A program made the position numbers and the translations under genes. Shown piece by piece: positions 43,892-54,232 of a stretch of 64,000 nucleotides of DNA (within the stretch, counting starts at the first letter, position 1; each line of letters opens with the position of its first letter). Source of the stretch: Octopus vulgaris (lineage: Eukaryota); contig OX597824.1 in assembly GCA_951406725.2 (NCBI GenBank), forward strand, positions 12,152,001 to 12,216,000. Reading direction: 5' to 3'. The notes under the pieces were generated by a model. That model was not told the origin of the DNA, did no database searches, and saw only the letters and a program-made list of their open reading frames with translations.

Positions 43892-44027
43892 CGCTTTTGA
43901 AGACGGTATTCAGGACATCTCTGAGTTCATAGGAATTAATTTCCATATCCTCTCCTGCAATTTCCATAAATTTGCTTCTCAGTGCTTCTCCTTGTTCCTT
44001 TTCTTCATCCGTGGCCTCATTGAAAGT
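43892..44027 (-). CDS. Calpain PEF domain exon, EF-hand 1 (TFNEATDEEKEQGEALRSKFMEIAGEDMEINSYELRDVLNTVFKS)
   Basis: Acceptor tttgtctttAG, donor G|GTtggt, 136 nt, phase 0 to 1. The F..IAGEDMEI..YEL...LN motif is diagnostic of the start of calpain domain IV. Confidence 0.95.
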
Positions 44028-46516
44028 CTAAAGACAAATAAATAAATGAATAGATAAATAAATAAATAAATGAATAAATATAAATAAAAAGAACATTACT
44101 TTAAAATTCAGAATTACTTAATATTTCTTTATCACCATAAACAATTAAAACTTTTTCTCCCCATCAAATATATTTTTAACTAATTTTAGTACCAAACATA
44201 TTATAAATATTTTTAATCAACAAAAAATATTTAAAATTTTTTTTTACCACCAAAAAATATTTAAAATTATTTTTACCCTGAAACCTATTTTGATATATTT
44301 TATTATCAAAAATATCTAAAATATTTTTATCATCTCAAAAAAAAGGGAAAAAATGTTTGTATCACCAAACATCATTTTTGTAATTTCTTATTGGAGAAAG
44401 GAAAATTTTTTTTTTTCCAAAAATGAATCTTTTTAAAAACTTCTCAATATTTCTCTCAAACAAATGTTAAAACTCAAATTCAACAAACTAACTAACTAAG
44501 CCAGGGTAAAACAAATATATTTCAAGCAAGCACTCACTAAAGCATTTCAGTTAGTAAGCTAATAATAATTGTACTACCTTGGGAGGGTCATTATGCCAAT
44601 AATAAACATATGCATTGGTTCTATTTCACTTCTTTACATGTCAATTGGTCAACTATTTAAAAAATTCACTAATTGATTGTTTGATTAGTCATTCAGTAAG
44701 TCAGCCAGCTGGATTTGTCAAAGATAGGTCTGTCTGTCTGTCTATCTCCTAAGGAGACAAACAAACCTAAAAGATCTGGTGTAGAGAGGGGGCATAAAAT
44801 TCAGGAGGTTGTAAATGGTTATGAAAGGACTTTGACAGACCTGGCTGATTGATTGAATAACTAACCAATTAACTAAATGATTGATTAGTTAATTAGTCAA
44901 ATAGTTAACCAACTGACAAATGAAAAAGAATAAAGAAGTGAAATAGAACCAATGTGTGTTTATTTATGGGCATAATGACCCACACAAGATACAACATGTT
45001 TCAACACACAAGTTCACATCAAGAATCTTGCAAACTAAATACAAAAAAAAGAGATAGCTGTAGCATTAGTCATTAAAATCAAAGGAATGTTTCCTCAAGC
45101 TTCATGACCCTTCACTCTATTTGATAACGCTGACAGAAGGGTAAAAACGTACTAAAATTTGAGAAAACTGGCAATGGTCTACATTGGCAAAATAAACAGT
45201 TTAAAGAATTTCTGAAATATAAACTTCAACCCAAAATGTTATAACTTACATATCACTTCAAGGAAATATTTATCTTAATGTAACAGATAATTTTTTAACC
45301 TCTAGAAAATCTGATATTTGTTCTATATTAACTGAGGCATGCCTTGTAATGTATGTTTATGTTTATATATATATATATGTTAGTGTGTGTTTTTTTTATT
45401 TCTAACATGTAAATATGTGCATTTGATATCTTCGGTAAATATCAGTGTGATATCAAGGCTAAACAGAAGAGACTTCTATATATATATACCGATGTATAAA
45501 GGACAGACAGTAAATAATGGATATTTTATCTGTTCCTGCAACCCTTGGTGGCAGGAACAGATAAGATTCCCACATGCATGTAGGAATAATAAATTACTGA
45601 CTTCACCAGTCTGAGTGGACCCGAAAAGGTCATGGGGCTTGTGCTTTTCCTTGATTTGAATGATAACACTAATTACAAACTTGCAAACACACACAAAAAC
45701 ATTATTTATAGGCTTATTATGTACACTGCTTCAAGTACACTATTCCAAAAAGAATTCTTTCATGTTCTGTTGAAAGTTTATAAAATTCTAATGATGTCAA
45801 CAATATATATATATATATATATATAATTTAAATTAAGCAGGAAATGGAGAAATCTTGATCAACAACAATTGACTACCATCAATTATTATTTTCTAATATA
45901 AAACTTTAGCCCATCTAACAGCCGTTTCTGCTTCCAATGTCCCACAGTGATGCCAAAGAAAATTCTGAGAATAGTGTTTGTCATACTTTATAACACATCT
46001 GATCTGGAACATGTAGCTTCGTCAGAGTGAAGAAAAATACATAAAATAAAAGAATCGTTACACTGCAAAAATGGTATGATTCAAATATATTAAGCCTTCA
46101 TTCCTCCTTTTGAGGCTCTTTTTCGTTTCTTTTCTTTTATTTTATGCATTTTTCTTCTCTCTGATGAAGCTCTATGTTCCAGATCAGTTGTGTTATAAAA
46201 TATGACAAATATTATTCTCAGAATTTTCTTTAGCATTACTGTGGGACATTGGAAACAGAAACGGCTGTTATATAGGATAAAGCTTTGTATTAGAAAATAA
46301 TAATCGATGGTAGTCAATTGTTGATCAAGATTTCTCCATTTTCTGCTCAATTGAAATTTGATTCCTGATAAACTCTTGTTTATTTTTGTTATTACCTGTA
46401 TCCTATGAGCATAATATGCTTGCATATGTATGCCCAGGACTAACGTAGGCAATTTATACTGGTAGTAAAATGGATATTCTTATCCCTTACACAGTTATTC
46501 TAACCACTAACTCTAC

Positions 46517-46624
<108 letters not shown>

Positions 46625-46697
46625 TCAAATCAGTCTCTTGCTTCTCTGAGTTTCATCTGTGAGTGCACATGGTTCTCAGGCTAGTTATGACTTGTAA

Positions 46698-46745
46698 CTT
46701 GTCTGAAGACTTTGTGCACTCACAAATGAAACCCAGAGTAGCAAG
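46698..46745 (+). ncRNA. Type I hammerhead ribozyme-like motif in one arm of a fold-back element
   Basis: CTTGT-CTGAAGA-C-TTTGTG-CACT-CACAAA-T-GAAAC-CCAGA-GTA|GCAAG. The core is intact, but the stem II closing pair is a C:T mismatch. Confidence 0.6.
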
Positions 46746-49053
46746 ATAGTGACTTGATCAAAATCATATATATATATAAAATTTATTTCTACTATGATAC
46801 TGTGTACTCCTTTTTCTGGCAGTTAACAATAAATGTGTATGTATATATATATATGTGTGTGTATGTATGTGTGTGTGTGTATGTATTTGTGTGTGTGTGT
46901 GTCCATAAGTTAGAAAAAAACATGGTCTAAAAGAAATTTTGAGTAGTTAGGCTTTTATGTTTTCGAGTAGCATATCTTTAATTTTGGTATATAATCACTC
47001 AGAAAGTTAACATTGGTTTCATATCTACTCTTGCACCGGGCAATATACACAACTTGACACAAAACCAATAGCAACTTTATATGCCATAACGAAGGATATA
47101 CATATATAGAAAATATGAGTGTGAAAGAGAGAGAGAGAGAGAGTACATACATACACACCACAACACATGGGCTTATCATTCATAAGATCACTTTAGCCAC
47201 ACACTGTTTCATGCTTATCCTGGTTGGCTGGCCAGCAGTTACATTAAGTATACAAGTGTTTGTGGCATGCTTAACCACTTAACTATAATAAAACTATGAG
47301 TAGATTGACTTTATGCAAACACACACACAATGTTAGATTGGTTATAAATTACAAAAACAGAAGAAAAAAAGCTAAAAAGTATAAGTTAAAATGTATAAAA
47401 TAAAACACCAAAATAAATGACAAAATGAACAAAAAAATGGCTGAAAGGAAAAGAGTTTTTTCGAAATGGTTGATTTGTTTGGATTGTAAATGGAAATATG
47501 AATAATGTGTAGACATATGTAAATAAGGTTACACAAACACACACACACAAACACACACACAACCATAAATACATACATACATACAGACATGTACACACAT
47601 GAATGCCCATACACACCCCCTACAGACACATGCATGACCATACATACATATGTCCCCTACATAAATAACCATCATACATACATACAAGACCATATTGTAC
47701 ACACCTATGCACATGCAACCAAATAAAAGGGAGACTCCAGGTGGTAGCTTGTCTTGCTAGAAATAGGAACCAAATGTGCACTAAATCTGATTCTGTTGTT
47801 TTATACAAGGTGATATGTAAGACTATCTTGGACAACATAGTATTAGATATAACCTGTCTGAATAACCAATGGGGTGGTTATAATTGGAAGGCTTTTGATC
47901 AGATATTTAGCTAGGCAGGGATGACCTGGGACTCTACAACAACCACACCTGTATGACAACCATATACACATGTGCATAACTATATACACATAAACACTCA
48001 CATATACAGAACTAATACATTTTTCTTTTTCTTTTATTCTTTTACTTGTTTCAGTCATTTGACTGCGGTCATTCTGGAAGAGAATTATTCTTGATACTGA
48101 GTATAGAGCTTAGTGTAGGACTGGGGATGTGGTGCACATAATAGAGGTAATTAGAAGAGAAGGCGTGAGTGAGGAATGCTTGAGTGGTAGGGACACAAAA
48201 TCAGCTGGCACCAAAGAGCAAAGACCAATGTAAGGTTGTAGAAAATGTAGCAAGGAGAAAAACAAAAAAGAACACGTTAGCTTATATTATTGTAATCTGA
48301 TCTTAGCGAGTTTGTATTTCAGCCTTATTAGGGCTCCTCAACCAAGCAATGTACTTGCTAGATTAAGGATAAGAGACTTGTTTGTATTGATGTACAATAT
48401 TATACAAGAATAGGCATCAGAAATTATAATGAATCAAAGAAATTATGAAGACACCATCTGCATAGAAAATAACAATTGACTTCATGCCACCACTTAATAA
48501 ATATAAGATATTTAATTAATAGATAAAATTAGTATTAATCAATGAATTAATGTCTCATTCTCCTAACATCATAATGTTATTAATTACACCCCAGCACTGC
48601 CATGATATTTATTATAATGGCCTAAGTTTGACTTAGTTTTTTGTGCAGATGAGAGCCTAGGTAATTTCCTTCAGACATTATCATTGATTGGTTAATCAGG
48701 TTTTCAAAATTACCAAAATATGGCACCATTGTAATTACTTTTCTTAAAGAAAATGTGTGTGCATGTATAATTTGTAGGTATTCTGAAATATTTTTGTGAA
48801 ATATATACTTTTTAAGACATTTGCTTTCTTTTTATTAATTTTGTATGATATTACTTTATTTCTAAAGTATGATAAATGTTGGCAGTTTATAAAAAAACCA
48901 AAAAAAATCCAAAAACAAAAACAAAAACTTGTTTGGAATAAACAGGATCAGTACTGAAGAAGAACAAGTATTAGTAGTTGGATTTCCAAAAAACAAAGGG
49001 AACACACTGAACTCTAAAACCATAATCAGCATTCTTAGACTCCGCAGACTTAC

Positions 49054-49095
49054 CATCTGGCTACCAGCAGCAGCAGCAGCTTCACCTTCAGCTGG
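49054..49095 (-). CDS. Calpain linker exon, 42 nt (PAEGEAAAAAGSQM)
   Basis: ttctgtctctAG|CCAGCTGAAGGTGAAGCTGCTGCTGCTGCTGGTAGCCAGATG|GTaagt. Both splice sites are strong and the exon is symmetric phase 0. Confidence 0.7.
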
Positions 49096-50227
49096 CTAGA
49101 GACAGAACCCCCAGATGGAAAAAACACATGTCATTAAGAAGGAAAAAAAAAGCAAGGTTTCCTTACCCAATCTTGGAAAGAAGGTAATAAATGCTAAAGT
49201 CCCATCCCCAAAAAAAGGGAAACTAAACCGTTTTTGCTTTCAATAAAAATAGACTTTAATGATAAAAAAAATTAAAGAAGGATAAATCTGAATTTAAACC
49301 ATAAAAAACTAAAAGAATAGAAATAAGTTAATTTTTTTTTTGATAATTAAGAAAGAACTGTTCAGTGAAAAGGAAGTTGATTAAACAGAAAATATTTAAA
49401 AATAAGAATAAACAAAGTGAAAAATATAATACTTGAAATATTATTTTATTATTTTATACTAAATTTGAAATTAAACCATCTAAATTTAAAAATAAGGAAA
49501 ACTGACATTTTTGAAATTCAAGAAATTGAAATATTTTGAATAGTAATATTTTCCCCTTATTCTTAAAAATATTCATTTTTGTTTTGTACTTAGTGATCGA
49601 TATTTCTTTGATAGAAGTGGACTGATTTCTAAATTATGCAAAATATATATTACTTACTTACAACATATAATTATCTCCCAGCAATAAAATGGTAAGTTAT
49701 CAAAAAAAAAAAAAAAGTGTTTAAAAAAAAAAATCAAACCAAAACACAAAAAAAAAAAAAAAAATTCACGAAAAAATAAAACAAAGAAAAAGAAGAAAGA
49801 AACAGAAATATCAACAAATAAAAACTGGTATAAACCAAATTACCCAAGTTTTGATTGATTGCAATATTGAAGTTTTCCTTACAATATATATATAAAAAAA
49901 AAAAAAAACGTCAGATACGGCTGAATTCATTTTGAAATACTTGACCTATATTTTGAAATATTTGGTCTCTCTCTCTCTCTCTCTCTCCCTTTCTCTCTTT
50001 ATATATATATGACATATACATACACATGCACTTTTTTCCGTTGTTGTATGCAGATCCTCAGAAATTGTATATTTCTATGGTTGCAACCACTCCAGTCTAA
50101 AGAACAGAAATGAGAGTGGAGCAGTTTTGATCTCCTTCGACTGAAGCAGCAGAGTAATATGCCACAATTAAGGAAACTGAGAAACACTTATTCTCTTCAG
50201 GTTTCATCTCTGCATAGCTCAGTTCTT

Positions 50228-50266
<39 letters not shown>

Positions 50267-50304
50267 AATGAAAGACGGAAGATGGAATATGCAAGAATTT
50301 ATTA

Positions 50305-50409
50305 TTAATCACGACAATTGTTTCGACACATCTAGCATCGATTCCTCATGGGTGGGACACTCAATTCAGGAGCATCCAGTGGTGCAGATGTATCTCATCA
50401 GGTGATAAA
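50305..50409 (-). ncRNA. Type I hammerhead ribozyme motif (Penelope-type, minimal palindromic stem III), sense to the calpain pre-mRNA
   Basis: Minus strand reads ATCAC-CTGATGA-GATACATCT(...)AGATGTGTC-GAAAC-AATT-GTC|GTGAT. Stem I is ATCAC/GTGAT, stem II is 9 bp with a G:C closing pair, both catalytic boxes are intact and the cleavage triplet is GUC. Confidence 0.8.
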
Positions 50410-51079
50410 TAAATACAACCCATTAAAATAACAGTTCCACAATAATGTAACTTACCATTTTGTAGAAAGGTTCAGGAGCATATATGTGTATATATATATA
50501 TATATATGCATAGTAGCCATGATAGATCGTATGCATAGTTGCCATGATAGATCGTTAGCCACTACACACATTTTTTTTCTCTCCTTGTTTTTTTCTGTGT
50601 CCCTTTCTGTAGAAGAGCGTAGACTCTAAACGTAAAAGACTTTTTCTATTCCTGAGCGTTATACTAATACATCTGTTTGTTTTGTACACCACCTGTCTTC
50701 GTCTTTTGTTTTTTTCGTAAACTCTCCCATATATATGTATATACACACACACACACTTACTGTAATCTATAAATTATAACTACTATTTTATACACATATA
50801 TTGCAGAGGGAAACAATTTTATTTTGTATGTCACAGCTATTTTCCTCTCTTTTACTTGGTAGAGTTTATACTTTTTAAAATACATACCTGGAAAAAATTT
50901 ATTTTTTGTGCAAAAATGTAACACAGTAGAAAAAAAAACCTTGTTAGAAGGAGTATAGAAAAAGACAAAAAAAAAGAAGAAAAAACAAAACTGCAACGTG
51001 TGGGAAAACATTTTTACCAACACTGATTATAAAATCACTTCAACTCAAAAGTGGTTATCAAAATAAGATTAAAAAAGAA

Positions 51080-51530
51080 AGCCATTGAAATCTGCTTGAC
51101 AACAAAGTGCGTTGTGAAATGTGTCCAACACAATTATAAAATCACTTCACCACAGTGTAAGAAACCTGCCCAGTACAACACATAAAATCTGACCAACACA
51201 AAGTACGAAATTTGTCCAACACAAAGCATGAAATCTGCCCAACACAAAGTATGAAATGTGCCCAACACAGTATTATGAAGTCTGACCAGGACAAATTTAA
51301 CAATGAAATCTGCTTGAGACAGCATATGAAATTTACTCAACACAAAATTATTAAGGAAACCAGTTCAACACAGCATATGAAATTTACCCAACACAAAGTT
51401 AACAATGAAATCTTTCCAACATAGCATGACATGGTTAACTATGAAATTTTTCTAAAAGAAAACCTAGTCATGAAATATGTCCAGCAAAACAGCCAGTCAG
51501 GCAATCTGTCCAAAACAAAGCCAGTCATAT
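51080..51530. repeat. Degenerate ~21-26 bp minisatellite
   Basis: Units resembling TGAAATYTGYCCAACACAAAGYA recur many times. Confidence 0.75.
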
Positions 51531-51596
51531 GTGTACAATGTATAGGGACTGAAAACAAGACATTTCAAAAATGAGACAGGCATAATATGATATATA

Positions 51597-51827
51597 TTTC
51601 TTTACTGCCCACAAGGGGCTAAACATAGAGGGGACAAACAAGGACAGACAAAGGGATTAAGTCGATTACATAGACCCCAGTGTGAAACTGGTATTTTATT
51701 TATCGACCCCGAAAGGATGAAAGGCAAAGTCGACCTTGGCGGAATTTGAACTCAGAACGTAACGACAGATGAAATACTGCTAAGCATTTCGCCCAGCATG
51801 CTAATGTTTCTGCCAGCTCACCACCTT
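51597..51827 (-). mobile_element. SINE family C with 21-bp TSD AGACAGGCATAATATGATATA
   Basis: Direct repeats at 51574-51594 and 51828-51848. Confidence 0.88.
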
Positions 51828-52415
51828 AGACAGGCATAATATGATATAACCTCGAAGAACAACTGTTCGGCAAATACACAAAGTTGATTATGAAATTTTA
51901 CTTTAAAAAAAAAATAGAAAAAGGAAAGTGTATTTCAGAAGTTAATACAATACAAAGTTTGGAACATACAAACATCACAGTTGAGAAAACTTCACCCACC
52001 TCCTCCTCACCACACACACAGAACACAGAAAAAAACGAACTATGACATCAAAGCAAAGTGGTGAAGTTTATTGGTATTTGGAAACAAACACAGTGGGAAG
52101 ATCAGGAAGTTTGTATAATGAAAAGGTGTGCCATGTGAATTAGATTGAATGACAAAAGGAGAAAAGATAAAGTTTTAAATTCATAACAGGAAAAAGATTC
52201 TGTGTTCATCTGAGCAATGAAAAAAATATTGAGCATGTAAGTGTGTGTGTGTTTGTTTTAGTAAAGGCTGTATCTCATTATCAGTCATCATGAACGCTAG
52301 TGCTGTTACTAACACTAGTGTTGAGAAAACAATGAAATGGGAGAATTATTCATCAATAAATTACAATAGAGAAATTTTGTAATCTGGTTTGCTGTCTTGA
52401 AACAACTATTGTTGT

Positions 52416-52899
52416 TTAACCCTTTTGATAACAACCCAGCCAAAACTGCCTCTGGCTCTGTAGTACAAATGTCTTACTTTCATAAGTACTGAATTAAAAT
52501 CTTCCCCCAAACCTAAGTCACAATTTATGTTCCCAACACTAGTTTAATGATAACTAAGTTATTTTAGTAAATTCTTTGTTATATTTAAAATTAATTGAAA
52601 GAAACACAGAGCATTTTAACAGAAATATGGTAACAAATGTGTTAAAATATACAATAGAGAAACAATTCTTAACCCTTTTGATACCGACCCAGCTGAAATC
52701 GTTTCTGGCTCTGTAGTACAAATGTCTTACTTTCATAAGTACTGCATTAAAATCTTCCCCCAAACCTTAGTCACAATTTATGTTCCCAACACTAGTTTAA
52801 TGATAACTAAATTCATTTTACTAAATTCTTTGTTAAATTTAAAATTAATTGAATGAAACACAGAGCATCTCAAAATAAATACGGTAACAAAAGGGTTAA
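52416..52899. mobile_element. Two adjacent TTAA MITEs, family P2 (52416-52645 and 52669-52899)
   Basis: Both start TTAACCCTTTTGAT; the second ends AAAGGGTTAA. Confidence 0.82.
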
Positions 52900-53506
52900 C
52901 ACATGGCCAAACCTGACAGCAAATCAATGATCAAAGGCATTCCAATAATGATGACCATCCTGTCTTAGAGGATTACTTTATCTAATGTATCTTATTCTTG
53001 TATAAGACAGTAAAGTGAGATTTAAAGAAAATTTGGCTGCTATTTTTAGGAGGCCAAGCAGCCACAGCAATGTTCCTTAGTGTTAACTAATAGCAAAGCT
53101 GAAATTTATTTCATTTTAATGTATATAATACATATCATAGATATTTTCATGTCTGATTTAAAAAAAAATTTTGTTTTCAGGGCATAAGCCACATATATTA
53201 AATAATTAGCTATGTGTATTTTTATGATTTCACAGTAAAGATATAATGTGAATGTAAGTACCTGTCAAAGGACTAATAGAGAATGAGTTATAGCAGAAGT
53301 AAAATGAAAGTGAGTGGAAGGATGAGGTGTCTGACTGTGATATTTGGCAGGAGAAGCAAACAAAGAAGAAATGAATAAGAGAATTTAAATGAAAGAAATG
53401 TTGGAGTAGGTGATACAACTACAACAATGGTAAGAATGGGAAGAGTTATTGACAGAAAATACAGAAGAATAATATATATGATTGAAACATTAACATGAGT
53501 TATCTC

Positions 53507-53549
<43 letters not shown>

Positions 53550-53872
53550 TATATATGGTTCAAAATAGCACAAAAAACAAAAGACATAGACAGGAAAGGG
53601 AACAACAAACAATATGTATAAGTTTGCTCAGACACACACACATACACTCACACAAACATAGACAGACATTTTGAATGAACATAAAGCATCCTTTGTCTCC
53701 AATTTGTCTTTAAAGACAAACCACGACGGGTAGTCATGGTGGGTATATGGGGCTTCATATATTTGTACCTCGGTGTCACTTTGATAGCATGCGCTGTTCT
53801 CTCATTCAATAATAATAATAATAATAATATACTACTACTACTACTACTACTACTACTAATAATAATAATAAT

Positions 53873-54232
53873 CATCATCATCATCATTTAGTGTCCGCTT
53901 TCCATGCTAGCATGGGTTGGACGATTTGACTGAGGACTGGCGAACCAGATGGCTGCACCAGGCTCCAATCTGATCTGGTAGAGTTTCTACAGCTGGATGC
54001 CCTTCCTAATAATAATCCTTTCTATTATAGGCATATGTCCTGGATTTTTCCGTTGAGGGGTACAGTCGATCACATTGACCCCAGTACTCAACTGGTACTT
54101 TATTTACCAGCCCCCAAAAGGATGATAGGCGAAATCAACCTTGGCGGAATTCGAACTCAGAATGTAACGGCAGACAAAATACTGCTAAGCATTTTGTCTG
54201 GCATGCTTATGATTCTGGCAACTCGCCACCTT
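53873..54232 (-). mobile_element. Adjacent family B fragment and family C SINE
   Basis: (CAT)n signature followed by a family C body. Confidence 0.75.

Noticed and set aside
50450-50480. Consensus donor ATG|GTAAGT on the minus strand
   Set aside because: No plausible acceptor upstream, and it lies within a TA-flanked repeat relic.
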